From positions 32,001-96,000 of the forward strand of contig CBDBFU010000032.1 in assembly GCA_965205025.1 (NCBI GenBank): a DNA stretch of 64,000 nucleotides. The letters run 5' to 3'. Under the pieces are notes generated by a model, which saw nothing but the letters and a program-made list of their open reading frames with translations, was not told where the DNA came from and did not search any database. Source of the DNA: Candidatus Poribacteria bacterium (lineage in GTDB: Bacteria > Poribacteria > WGA-4E > WGA-3G). The position numbers and the translations under genes were made by a program. How positions within the stretch are numbered: position 1 is the first letter of the stretch; every line of letters begins with the position of its first letter. Of the stretch, positions 20,325 to 31,446 are shown piece by piece.

Positions 20325-23186
20325 ATGGCAGAAAACAGTGTTGAATTAATTGCAAGAATTTTGGATGGCGACAAACAAGCATTTAATACTTTAATAAGCA
20401 AGTACCAAAAAAGAACTCATGCACTTGCTTGGAAGATGACAGGTGATTACGAGACCGCTGAAGAAATCACACAAGACGTATTTGTCAAAGTATATAACAA
20501 ATTGCATACACTTAGAAATCCAAAGCAATTTGATGGATGGCTCTATGTAATTACAAGGAGATTATGCATTAATTGGATGGAACGGAAGCAATCCAATATG
20601 AGATCGTTAGAGCAGATTTCAACGGAGGAATTAGATGAGATTTCTTATCGGCAATATGAATTGCAATTAATAGAAACAAATACTATCGAAGATAAACAGG
20701 ATATTGTCAAGGAGCTCTTGTCAAAATTGCCAGAAAGTGAACGAACGGTAATAACACTCTACTATATCGGCGATATGACGCCAACAGAGATAAGCAAAAA
20801 ATTAGGTGTATCCGTGAACACAATTAAAGCCAGATTACTACGTGGACAAAAACGTTTACAAGCGAAAGGGAAATCTATAATTAATGAAAATCTTGAAAGT
20901 GTACAACTTTCTACCGATCTAACTGAGAGTATCATGAAACAGATTCAAGATCTCAAACCTGAGCCAGTTGTTGCCAAACCGTTTCTCCCATGGACTGTTC
21001 TCGGTGCTTCATTCGTTTTAGTACTTCTACTGTTAGGTGCGATGAACCATTATATCACTCACTTTCAGCAACCTTATAATTACGAGGCATTATCAGAACC
21101 TACAATTGAAATCGTTGAATCCCCTATAACTGTTGATATTGTTACAAATACAGTTGAGCGTAAACGTTTAGTTGGAAATATAAGTAGTAATAATAGCAAT
21201 GGAAGAAGTCCACAGATATCTGAAACTGTTATAGATTCCAATAATCAGAATAACCCACTCAAATTATCTACTGCTGATTGGACATACATCGGAAAACCAA
21301 GTGGAACCACTATTTTCAATATTTTCTCTACTTCAGAAGATGATCTCTATGCAAGTGCAGGTACAGGTATTTATAAATTAGTTAAGAGTACAAATACATG
21401 GTCAAATGTCACCGCAGATATTCCTATTCATGGACACTTATCCCCAATAGCACATTATAAAGGAGCGATTTATGCTATCAACGGTTCCAATATACATTCT
21501 TCAACTGATAAAGGTAAAACTTGGGAGGTAATGTGTTCAATACCACAAGGAATTGAAATTGGATTAATAGTGCAAAATAATACCTCAGCAGGTAATTCAG
21601 ACGATAATATTGTAATGTATCTCGCTTTAGAAAAAAAAGGAGTATTTAAATCAATTGATTTAGGTAAACAATGGACACCTATGAATAAAGGCTTGGAGGA
21701 TAAGAAAATTACGGTCTTAGATACAATTGATAACGCACTAATTATTGGTACGAATCAAGGCATTTATCGGTTGAATTCAGGTATATGGGAAAAATTGCCA
21801 GTTGATCCGTATAGAAAAATCGAATCTTTGGCAGTATATAAACATAATCTTTATATTCTAACAGGTCCAGAGTCTCAAGAGGTTTCTAAGACTAACTCAC
21901 AACTTTTAAGATCCGAAGCGAAACATGATAAATCGCGTCGTATTTTCCACTCAGAAAATCTGGGTGACTCTTGGAGAGAGATCACACCTAAAAACAACCT
22001 TTTATCAATTAAACTTTCAATTGGTAAATATACAAAGATTTCAGCAAACGGAAAATCACTGTATGTATATGGAACTTATACAATGCACTCAATGGATCAA
22101 GGGAAATCATGGGATGCGCTTCAACCCTATATGACTTCAATTAGACCAAGATATCCTTCTGTATTCTCACTGACCAAAGATACTTATTACAATATCAATA
22201 TGTCCGGTCTTCACCGTTCAACTGATAATGGTACCACATGGCAACCGTTCATGGATGGCATTTTGGGAACAAGTGTCTTCGATATGATAGCATTTAATAA
22301 TAGATTATATGTGAATACTGGTAATATCATTCTTGTACAGACAACCGATGAAAGAGGGTGGGAATCAATACCTGTTTATTCTTGGAAATCTACAGGGAAA
22401 GCAGTTCCAATTACATACCAACACCTCAACCATCTTACTGAATCAAAGTTTGCAATAGTCAATAATGTACTTTATGGAATTAGTCATCGAGGAAGTAAAC
22501 TGTATATTTACAAATTATCGGCATACGATACTCATTTTTCATTGATAAAAATGATACCTTTTAGTCAACTTACAACGAATTCTGATAGACATTCTACCTT
22601 TGGCACTTTTACTGTAAGTGATAATATATTCTATATAGAATTCAATTACAGACTATTCAAATGGGAAGATGGAAGTTCAAAAATAGAAAATACAGGCATA
22701 ATTGATACGACTAAATACTCTAATGTCAAATTTACAGGAGGATTAAAGGTCGCAGCTTTATCAGATACTGTTTATGTTGGCAAACGGGATGGAAGGCTTC
22801 TTCGATCAGATGATCGTGGGAACAATTGGCAAGACATGACATCAAATCTTCCATTCACTGTCTCAAATTTCAAAGATATTACCTTTGTTGGAAATACCGT
22901 TTATGTTTCTACAGACAAAGGTGTTTTGGCTTCACAAAACGGAGACCACTGGTGGAGATTAACTAATACTGAAGGGAAACATATTATTATAGATAAATTC
23001 ACTATTCATAAGTCAAACATATATGGGGCAAGTGATACTGGTGCTTATTACTTAGATCAACAAGGTAAATGGGAACAAATCTATCCAAACATACAAGATA
23101 AGGTTATTTCTTTAACTTGCACTAACAATAAACTCTATATCGTTACTGAACAGCAAGGCATACGCTATGCATCCATAAAGAAATAA
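20325..23186 (+). CDS. ECF sigma-70 factor fused to a TM helix and extracytoplasmic BNR/Asp-box beta-propeller
   Basis: Region 2 (AEEITQDVFVK..FDGWLY), region 4 (LPESERTV..LGVSVNTIKARL), TM at ~aa 222-240, SxDxGxxW repeats. Confidence 0.9.
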   Translation: MAENSVELIARILDGDKQAFNTLISKYQKRTHALAWKMTGDYETAEEITQDVFVKVYNKLHTLRNPKQFDGWLYVITRRLCINWMERKQSNMRSLEQISTEELDEISYRQYELQLIETNTIEDKQDIVKELLSKLPESERTVITLYYIGDMTPTEISKKLGVSVNTIKARLLRGQKRLQAKGKSIINENLESVQLSTDLTESIMKQIQDLKPEPVVAKPFLPWTVLGASFVLVLLLLGAMNHYITHFQQPYNYEALSEPTIEIVESPITVDIVTNTVERKRLVGNISSNNSNGRSPQISETVIDSNNQNNPLKLSTADWTYIGKPSGTTIFNIFSTSEDDLYASAGTGIYKLVKSTNTWSNVTADIPIHGHLSPIAHYKGAIYAINGSNIHSSTDKGKTWEVMCSIPQGIEIGLIVQNNTSAGNSDDNIVMYLALEKKGVFKSIDLGKQWTPMNKGLEDKKITVLDTIDNALIIGTNQGIYRLNSGIWEKLPVDPYRKIESLAVYKHNLYILTGPESQEVSKTNSQLLRSEAKHDKSRRIFHSENLGDSWREITPKNNLLSIKLSIGKYTKISANGKSLYVYGTYTMHSMDQGKSWDALQPYMTSIRPRYPSVFSLTKDTYYNINMSGLHRSTDNGTTWQPFMDGILGTSVFDMIAFNNRLYVNTGNIILVQTTDERGWESIPVYSWKSTGKAVPITYQHLNHLTESKFAIVNNVLYGISHRGSKLYIYKLSAYDTHFSLIKMIPFSQLTTNSDRHSTFGTFTVSDNIFYIEFNYRLFKWEDGSSKIENTGIIDTTKYSNVKFTGGLKVAALSDTVYVGKRDGRLLRSDDRGNNWQDMTSNLPFTVSNFKDITFVGNTVYVSTDKGVLASQNGDHWWRLTNTEGKHIIIDKFTIHKSNIYGASDTGAYYLDQQGKWEQIYPNIQDKVISLTCTNNKLYIVTEQQGIRYASIKK

Positions 23187-23227
23187 GTTCTTGTTCAACA
23201 TTGAATCTTCACATATAGGTTATAAAT

Positions 23228-23515
23228 ATGAACAAAAATTATAAATATGAAGGTGTACATCTCAAGCCTCAAATTGCCGAAAAGCTTATTTTAAAACTAT
23301 TCTCAGGAAAAACTGTTACCAGAAGCGAAATTGACACGGGGGTAATTCAATTTCATGAATCGGCAGGTGGTCTTCCATCAACTGCTAAGACAAACCCAAT
23401 TCGTACTGCTCTGAGATATCTAAAGGAAAATGGTCTCGCAGAAAACATTTCCAAAGGACCTGGTAGCACTTGGCGGATATCAAATTCAGTAATTGTATCT
23501 TCTATGAATTTGTAG
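23228..23515 (+). CDS. Small hypothetical protein, possibly winged-helix
   Basis: 95-aa ORF; ALRYLKENGLAE..G.W wHTH-like end. Confidence 0.55.
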   Translation: MNKNYKYEGVHLKPQIAEKLILKLFSGKTVTRSEIDTGVIQFHESAGGLPSTAKTNPIRTALRYLKENGLAENISKGPGSTWRISNSVIVSSMNL

Positions 23516-23559
23516 ACCATATTTTGAATTGGCAATCTATTAGTCCGTTTTAGTAAAAT

Positions 23560-23592
23560 GATAGACAGATAGCGTAAAGGCTACCTGTCTAT
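23560..23592. terminator. Stem-loop between convergent genes
   Basis: ATAGACAGATAGC..GCTACCTGTCTAT inverted repeat. Confidence 0.55.
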
Positions 23593-23609
23593 ACTTAATA
23601 TTCGGTTAT

Positions 23610-24170
23610 TTAATCTACACTCACGGATACAGAGTTTTCATGATTGAGTTGAGTATCAGGATTTAGTATAGGTTGGGAGTTAGAACCAGATTCTGCAGGA
23701 TTGATCAATTCTACAGTAAGACGACCATTTGCCCCACTGTATGCTGTGGTTACACTAATGTTCTGAGGTAGATTACCTATTTGTGGTTGCCTAAACACAT
23801 TCGTACTATATTCCCACCATGGACCATTAAATTTCTTTTCGATTGAAATAGAGTTTACTCCTACTATATTTATCGATGCCGAAAGACCATACTCTCCACT
23901 ATAATTAGGACTATTAGCATAGGAATGGAAATTTGCACTGCAACTAAACACATCCTCACCAGCGTCTATTCTATATAAACCTTTCTTGATGTATCAACTT
24001 CTAAGGGACCGTCCCCATCCGCACAACGTTCCCAGTTGCCATCCCATATTCGGGAAATCATCAAAAGTTCCAGATTTCCTGAACTCAGAATCAGTTGCCT
24101 GAACTATACCATTAATTATCACTCCGCTGATTATTACTACAATTAGTAAACTATAAACAAATCTTCTCAT
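23610..24170 (-). pseudogene. Small secreted protein, frameshifted
   Basis: MRRFVYSLLIVVIISGVIINGIVQA signal peptide at 24170; C-terminal part in ORF 23610-23951. Confidence 0.55.
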
Positions 24171-24186
24171 AATAGAAATTCCTTCC

Positions 24187-25006
24187 TTATTTTAAATCTA
24201 AAAATTGATATGGGTCAATACCTCCGTCAGTAGAATCAATTATCTTAATTCCTGGAGGGCACATCACTTTCTTTAAGTACACCTTTTGTTTCAATGATAT
24301 CTCTGAGAGATTTCCCGGCTTCTCTATCACCGGATACACCAGTTGCATATCTTTCCACGGTGCCGTCGGATCTCACTCGATCTTTCCATTCAACATAAAC
24401 AGTACCGGAATATTCACATATATCTTCCCGTTTATCATCGCCCCACCGAGTGAATGTATACCTTGCTTCCACAATTTGATTTGGACACGCAATAGTAATT
24501 CATGTGCTACAGTAAGAGATTTTGGGTTATCCCAAATATTTCTGTGCCGGATAATCAACTGGAATCTCAGGAAAAGGACCAAAACCGTTGAATGAAACCG
24601 GTCTCTTTGTAGGTTCAGGGAATCGTTTCTCTGTTGATAGACCTATATCATCATGTATCACCTCTTTCACGAACAAGTCCGCATTTTCAGTTCGGTTCTC
24701 TGAAGATTCTGTTAGATTTTCCTCAGATTTAGACATCTCAGGCGTTGACACCTTTGGCTGCCTATTTATCTGATCATTTTTCGACAAAACCAATTGTGAC
24801 CTAACATCAGTATCAGCAAGCTGCTGACTGAATAATGCTATTGAATGTTCATGAAAGAGGTAACACACACCAGAAAAAAGAACAAGAAAACATAACCCAC
24901 CAAGTATCCATTTGTTTACATAAGTTCTTGAATCATATTTACCTCGTTTAAATAATTGTCTCGTTATAGTAGTAAAATATCTAATGCAGTTTAAAATTAA
25001 AAACAT
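24187..25006 (-). pseudogene. Paralog of 16989-17774, frameshifted
   Basis: SFNGFGPFPEIPVDYP, ELLLRVQIKLWKQG and terminal GIDPYQFLDLK* lie in different frames. Confidence 0.75.
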
Positions 25007-25008
25007 CA

Positions 25009-25060
25009 GACACCTTCTATAATTAAAAGACATATAATTTAGAGGTCATAAGGTGCAAAA
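25009..25060 (-). promoter_or_regulatory. Putative ECF promoter TGCACC-N20-GTC
   Basis: Boxes conserved, spacer sequence diverged; directly upstream of the partner gene. Confidence 0.6.
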
Positions 25061-25839
25061 AATGAATATGTAGAATTAAATGAATACGCAGATTTGTTAT
25101 ATTCTCACAATTCTGTGTTATAAAATTGAGCCATCATATTCTAAGATTAGATACAAGGACCTCCTAAGAAATACCCCATAGGCATCAACAATTAAGTCTT
25201 ATGCCAACTTCGGTTGGACACTACATTAGGGATTTCTAATAGTACTAAACTTTGGACAATTATATGTGATACACATTTCGCACTGCTGAGGCTGCGTTTT
25301 TGGGGCATCTATAGACGTCAATTTAGTGAGATTAACGAGTTGTGCTAAATAACTTTTAGCAACCAATAATTTCACATATATAATAGTTGATATGAATATC
25401 CTACATTAGTTAAGACTTTTCTTTAGTCCCGTAGGGACGGAATGTCTATAGAAAACCTATGAAAAACCTAAGTTGAGTCCCGTAGGGACGGAATGTCTAT
25501 AGTAAAAAACCAAAATCCGTAAAAACAACAAATACATTTAGTTAACTGGCACAAGTCGTGAGATTAGTATATTTTTAGTTTGTTTTGGGGTGTCTGAACC
25601 ACGGATTACGCGAAACAGAGTGTTAGGAGAGGATAAGGAGTAACACCAATTCTAATAAATAATATGTCATCACATAAATTTTATGGAATTGAATATTGTT
25701 GGGAACTATCTTCTGTAGGAGCGACCTCTCGGTCGTAACATGGAGATTGCCCCTACAGAATTTCCACCCTCAAGGATGATCCTGAATTTGCTAAATACTC
25801 TCTCAGGACATCCTTAATGGTCAGACAGATAAGACAAGT

Positions 25840-26886
25840 CTATACAGACAATTCAGACAACCTTACAGTCTTCCCACCGGCTTCAGCAGATTGATCAGCA
25901 GCAAACACAACACGATGCGTTTCAAAGGCTGTATCGAAATCGGTCAATGGCATCGGTTCATTTCTACCAATACTATCTATAAACGCTTGAAACTGCGGTT
26001 CATACGGATGATCACTCACATCACCAGAATCTATCAGTGATGTTTCAAGGTTACTCCATTTACTCTTATCCATACCTTTCAGTTTAGCAGAATAGATCTT
26101 ATTATCAAGCAAACTCCCTTCACTTCCAACAAGATGAATATGAAAATAATACGGTTGTAGACAATCTACACACGAAGTCACCTTACCAATCTTCTGTCCA
26201 CCCTCAAACTTAAGTAAACTCACACTGGTGGTCTTATATTCATACGGTTGAAATACTTCTCCGGCAGATTGTGTATGATAACTGGTAACCTCTTCCACAT
26301 CTCCATCCATAAAAAACAGAAGCGCATCAAGGGCATGACACCCTGCGGTTAACAAAGTACTGCCACCAAAATCCTTCTTGATATTCCATTCATACTGACC
26401 ATACCAAGGTCCAATCCCATGGTAGTAATCCACTTCAGCGTAGTGTAGTTCTCCCAACAATCCGTTATCAATAACTGAACGAATCATCGTAAAATGAGCA
26501 CTATATCGGCACTCAAAGCATACACACACATGCACACCATTGCTCTTAACAGCATCTCTTATCGCTTTTGCATCGTCGTATGTCAGACAGATAGGTTTTT
26601 CGATGATGAGATGTTTTCCTGCTTCTGCAGCAGCAATTGCTTGTTCCGCATGAAACGGATGTGGTGTACAGATATCAATAATGTGTACATCAGGATCAGC
26701 AAGCATCTTATCATAAGCAGTATACGCTTTTAATGGTGTACCGTAAGTCTCCTCTAATACTGATTCATCATGTTCACGACGCGAACAGATCGCAGTAACA
26801 TCTGATCCTGCTATTGCTTTAAAAGCTTCAATATGTGCTCCCGCAACCCAACCCAGACCAACAATACCTACATTTAAGTTTGCCAT
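25840..26886 (-). CDS. Gfo/Idh/MocA oxidoreductase
   Basis: GLGWVA Rossmann motif, EKP, GCHALD. Confidence 0.92.
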   Translation of the reverse strand: MANLNVGIVGLGWVAGAHIEAFKAIAGSDVTAICSRREHDESVLEETYGTPLKAYTAYDKMLADPDVHIIDICTPHPFHAEQAIAAAEAGKHLIIEKPICLTYDDAKAIRDAVKSNGVHVCVCFECRYSAHFTMIRSVIDNGLLGELHYAEVDYYHGIGPWYGQYEWNIKKDFGGSTLLTAGCHALDALLFFMDGDVEEVTSYHTQSAGEVFQPYEYKTTSVSLLKFEGGQKIGKVTSCVDCLQPYYFHIHLVGSEGSLLDNKIYSAKLKGMDKSKWSNLETSLIDSGDVSDHPYEPQFQAFIDSIGRNEPMPLTDFDTAFETHRVVFAADQSAEAGGKTVRLSELSV

Positions 26887-26974
26887 AATTTTTTCTCCTT
26901 ATTTCATTATGTTTCTGACATTTTACCACAAATCTTGATTTTAAGGATATATACATTGAAGAAATTAAAAATAA

Positions 26975-27600
26975 TATGAAGAAAATATATTCATCTAACA
27001 ACTAAAATACATAACACAATAACATAAGATAAAAATAAAATCTTTGTCATAATGAAAATAAAATTGTATAATACTATATCGTTCAATTTTTGTAAACCAA
27101 AACTAATAGGTTGTTAATAGGAATATGAGTCGGAAAGGATAAGGATACAAACTAAAAACCAATAACGAAAAACAAATGACTATCTATAAAAACGATCCTA
27201 ATTACCAAATTACATTTACCTCAAAAAATATGCAACTTTTCCCTATTTGGAATGTCAAAATCAGGAAGGACAACAAAAACACAAAATCACATTTTTTTGA
27301 AATTCTTATAAATCAAATTCAAACTACTATGAACCCAGTATACGACAAGGGTTATAGGGGTAATTTACACCAATTTCAATGTCACACCGTGTGACAAAAA
27401 GTGTAACTTTTTTCCTTTTTTTCGACGCATAGACTCATGCTACAACAACACGATCCACTGTCTGAGTATTTAGGATTAAATGTCTGTTTTTATACACTAT
27501 TTTCTGTCTGTATATTAGGATTAAATGTCTGTTTTTATACCTTCTTTAACAATCAGAAATATCAGTTACTGAAGAGGATTTTTCAAGACTAATATATGAC
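26975..27600 (+). repeat. ~600-bp dispersed repeat with 72-codon ORF, copy 1
   Basis: Colinear with 59815-60380. Confidence 0.85.
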
Positions 27601-27756
27601 AATATTTACACACACCTTCTCATATTCAGGTTGACGTACATACAATAAAATGATATACTTAAACGGATTTAAAATATTAACTCATAAGAATATTGCAAAC
27701 TACTTGAGGATAGGACTAAATATAGAAAAATGAGACTTTTCTCTGGAGGAAATACC

Positions 27757-29637
27757 ATGACAAAGGGTATATTTTATTCGTTTACCTTGATATTGTTACT
27801 ATTTGTAATTTCGCTTGGTTATACTCAAAATGAATGGGTTAAAGTAAGTGAATCTCAATGGAATGCATCCTTTTCTGATGTGTTCTTTATTGATGATCAG
27901 AACGGATGGATTGTTGGTAGCAATTCTACCATACTCAACACTACGGATGGTGGCAAGACATGGAAAAATCAACCAAACCAACCATTACCCTTTAAAGTAG
28001 AATTAAAGAAAATCCGTTTTATCAATCCTAAAATCGGATGGGTTGTTGGTGAAAATGGTACAGTATTAAAAACGACAGACGGTGGAGCATTATGGAATAA
28101 ATTACCCACAGATACCAATGTTGCATTATTGGGAGTATCCTTTGCTGACGAAAAACATGGATGGGCATGCGGCGATGGTGGCTTCATCATGCATACAAAT
28201 AATGGCGGCGTCAGTTGGAAACAGCAGGAAATCGAAACAAATAATACCATTGAAGGTATACATTTCACATCTCCACAGACCGGTTGGGCAGCAGGGGGTG
28301 GTGGCACTTTACTCCATACAATTGATGGCGGAAATAATTGGGATTTCCAGACAAGTGCAACTGTCAATACACTGGATGCAATTTCAATGCTTGATGAAAC
28401 TACCGGTTGGGCAGTTGGAGCCGGTGGGGCTGTCGTTTCTACAAATGACGGTATGAATTGGATCGTACAACAAAGCAATGTGCCAAATTCAAACGGAATG
28501 CCTGAACCCATTTGGGATGTCCACTTTGCCGATATGTCTACTGGGATTGCTGCCGCAGAATTTGGTGTGATCCTCATTACGCAGGATGGTGGTACTACAT
28601 GGAAACCATATCCTGAAAGACCTGTCGCTGCTCGTTTGCAAGGCGTTCATATGATTAGTCCAACAGAATGTTGGATAGTCGGTGATAAAGCAACTATCCT
28701 CCACACAAATGATGGTGGCATGACATGGGATGTTATTTCAAATGCAAACGATTTACAAGCAGCACATTTTTACAATGATAACCTTGGATGGGCTGTCGGA
28801 TTAGCCGGAAGTGTCCTGCATACAAACGATAGTGGTAAAACATGGAAACCTCAAAATAGTGGTGATGTATTTGAACTCTTTGGTGTAGGATTTGTTAACG
28901 AAAATAAGGGGTATATTGTCGGTAGTAATGCCGCACTGCTTGAAACATTAGATGGAGGCAACACTTGGCATAGTGTAAGTGATCCTGGAGACGAAGGACA
29001 CGGTACCGCAAAAAGAATCAAATTCAGTGGTACATTCAGTTTCAAGAGTGCTGTGGGTTCATACGGATTGAGTTTTGGGACTGATAAACATGGATGGGCA
29101 GTCGGAGAAACTGGTAAGGTTATGAAAACTGAGGATGGGGGTGAAACTTGGTTTGGGGTAGATTTCGATACGGGTTTTACCGGCGCAGGGTTCAATAATT
29201 TATTCGGGGTTCATTTCATTAATAAGGATGTCGGTTGGTTAGTTGGTTTTGCTGGAACAATTGCAATGACCACAGATGCTGGACAAAACTGGACAATATC
29301 ATTTGGTTCATCTGAATTACAAGATGTCTACGGCATTAACCCTACAACCGCATGGGTTGCTGGTAGCGAAGGAACAATACAAATAACCACAGACGGAGGA
29401 GCAACTTGGATTGATCAAACTGTTCCAACAAATGAAAATTTAAACGCTATACTCTTTATTGATGAAAAAATAGGGTGGGCAGCTGGTGATAAAGGTGTAA
29501 TTGTCCATACAACTGATGGTGGTGTTACTTGGTTAGAATATCCATCACCTACAAAAAATAATATAAAAGATATTGTGAAAACACCTGAGGGAACTTTGTG
29601 GATGGTTGGGGATTCGACTACAATACTACGATATTAA
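27757..29637 (+). CDS. Secreted YCF48-like BNR-repeat beta-propeller protein
   Basis: About 14 repeats of F.D...GW.VG..G..L.T.DGG..W; start after GGAGG. Confidence 0.9.
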   Translation: MTKGIFYSFTLILLLFVISLGYTQNEWVKVSESQWNASFSDVFFIDDQNGWIVGSNSTILNTTDGGKTWKNQPNQPLPFKVELKKIRFINPKIGWVVGENGTVLKTTDGGALWNKLPTDTNVALLGVSFADEKHGWACGDGGFIMHTNNGGVSWKQQEIETNNTIEGIHFTSPQTGWAAGGGGTLLHTIDGGNNWDFQTSATVNTLDAISMLDETTGWAVGAGGAVVSTNDGMNWIVQQSNVPNSNGMPEPIWDVHFADMSTGIAAAEFGVILITQDGGTTWKPYPERPVAARLQGVHMISPTECWIVGDKATILHTNDGGMTWDVISNANDLQAAHFYNDNLGWAVGLAGSVLHTNDSGKTWKPQNSGDVFELFGVGFVNENKGYIVGSNAALLETLDGGNTWHSVSDPGDEGHGTAKRIKFSGTFSFKSAVGSYGLSFGTDKHGWAVGETGKVMKTEDGGETWFGVDFDTGFTGAGFNNLFGVHFINKDVGWLVGFAGTIAMTTDAGQNWTISFGSSELQDVYGINPTTAWVAGSEGTIQITTDGGATWIDQTVPTNENLNAILFIDEKIGWAAGDKGVIVHTTDGGVTWLEYPSPTKNNIKDIVKTPEGTLWMVGDSTTILRY

Positions 29638-29750
29638 TATCTGTCATTTACTTTAAGAAATTCTAATACTATTTCTGATAATTAAAGTCGCTTTTAATGT
29701 AGCATAAACTTCCAGTTTGTCCTGAGAATCTCCTTTGTAGCACAAACTTC

Positions 29751-29865
29751 ATGAGGATTAAGTAAATATTTCGGTAATTCTAATTTTTCCAAGCCCGGTA
29801 GGTGCGGTTTCCTAACCGCACTGGATCTTTCTTTTAAATTACCGAATTTAAAAATTAATCTTCAT
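29751..29865. mobile_element. MITE-A inserted in GCACAAACT..AGTTTGTGC hairpin loop
   Basis: TIR ATGAGGATTAA/TTAATCTTCAT; flanked C/C; empty hairpin at ~29699-29720. Confidence 0.8.
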
Positions 29866-29969
29866 CCAGTTTGTGCACTCTGCGGTTAACTTAAAGTTCG
29901 GTCTACAATGTGTCTTATCAAACTCACGTTAGAAATGGTTTAACATACTACCTTTTGGAGGATTAATTT

Positions 29970-31358
29970 ATGAATCCAATTAGGTTCCGTTACTCAATTT
30001 GGGTAGCAACCTTTTTATTCGTTATAGTATCAATCTCAATTCAAGCACAAGAATACAGAGAATTGACACTTGAAGATAGTCTGCAAATTGCACAAAAGGA
30101 TAATTTATCTATTCAGGCTGCAGAACAAAAACTTATCGCTGCAAAGACGCAGGTAGATTTAGCACGTTCAGCATTATTACCAAGACTTTCAGCAAATGGG
30201 AATTACACCTATTTTAAAGACATTCAGAAATCCGTTATTCAGGCTGAAGGAGGATTTGGATTTCCTACGCCAGCACAAGAAATGAATCAGATGTCCACGC
30301 CAGATCCTGATAATGAGGCTGAGTTAATTGAATTGGAATTTGGGGCACATCATAATGTACAAGGAACAGTAAATTTAACCCAACCAATTTTTGCATGGGG
30401 ACGGATCTATAATAACTATAAAGCTGCAACAATCGGATATACTGCGGCAGAAGAAGAATTATCATCTGCTTATGAGAATCTTCGCTTAACTGTGTATGAG
30501 TCCTTTTACGGTGTTCTGATTACCCAAGAATTTGTAAAAGTCGCTGAACAAAGTGTCGAATTGGTTGAACTGCAACTCGCTCTCGCTGAGAGATCTTTTG
30601 CAGTCGGAGCAACAACAAATTTTGATGTTCTACGCGCTAAAGTTCAACTCGCAAATACAAAATCACAGTTGATTCAGGCACGTAATAGAGTCAAGAATGC
30701 TAAAGATTCATATAAAACTATATTAAACATTCCTCTTACACAAGATATTTCTGTAAAGGGGTCATTCCAAATACAACAGATAGAGAAAAAACTCGATGAG
30801 TTAATCTCAATAGCTATGACCCATCGTCCAGAAGTAAAACAATCTAACCTAAATGAACAGATAGGACAAAAACAACTCAGTGTTGCTAAAACCCAAAACC
30901 TGCCTGATCTCGCTTTTTTCTCTAATTATCAAATATCCCATAGTGAAAGACTCACAGAGATGAATAGAATTTGGAGTTTAGGTTTACAAATTAATGTTCC
31001 TATATTCGACGGTTTCGCATCACGGGCAGCTGTAAAACAAACCGAATCTACACTTAAGCAGATTGAATTATCTTCAAAACAGATAAAATCTTCTGTAGAA
31101 TTTGAGGTAAGATCCTCATATCTTGCATTACTTGAAGCTAAAACCCTTATAGACGTACAAAAGGAAACTGTTGCTCAAGCAGATGCAAGTGTACGTTTAG
31201 CAAATCTACAATTTGAATCAGGTATAATAACCACTGTCGAATTAACCGATGCGCAACTTGCACTATTACAGGCAAAAGTCAATCGATTACAAGCACAACA
31301 CAATTATGTGATTGGTCTCGCAAGATTAGAAAAAGCAATTGGACAAAGGATACAGTGA
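29970..31358 (+). CDS. tolC: TolC-family outer membrane efflux protein
   Basis: Two OEP repeats (LLPRLS, PIFAWG, NLPDL, PIFDGF). Confidence 0.9.
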   Translation: MNPIRFRYSIWVATFLFVIVSISIQAQEYRELTLEDSLQIAQKDNLSIQAAEQKLIAAKTQVDLARSALLPRLSANGNYTYFKDIQKSVIQAEGGFGFPTPAQEMNQMSTPDPDNEAELIELEFGAHHNVQGTVNLTQPIFAWGRIYNNYKAATIGYTAAEEELSSAYENLRLTVYESFYGVLITQEFVKVAEQSVELVELQLALAERSFAVGATTNFDVLRAKVQLANTKSQLIQARNRVKNAKDSYKTILNIPLTQDISVKGSFQIQQIEKKLDELISIAMTHRPEVKQSNLNEQIGQKQLSVAKTQNLPDLAFFSNYQISHSERLTEMNRIWSLGLQINVPIFDGFASRAAVKQTESTLKQIELSSKQIKSSVEFEVRSSYLALLEAKTLIDVQKETVAQADASVRLANLQFESGIITTVELTDAQLALLQAKVNRLQAQHNYVIGLARLEKAIGQRIQ

Positions 31359-31446
31359 TATCTTGAAATCCAGAATCTATCATATTCACGGACACATTAT
31401 ATTTGAAACATACATTAAACAAAATAATCAAAGAACTCTATAAATA

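Noticed and set aside
27969-29195. Long antisense ORFs within the YCF48-like gene (and similar ones over the MFP, 35540 and other genes)
   Set aside because: Shadow frames of well-supported genes.
27757-29637. YCF48 similarity as evidence of photosynthesis
   Set aside because: Generic BNR propeller widespread in non-phototrophs; no photosystem genes in the window.
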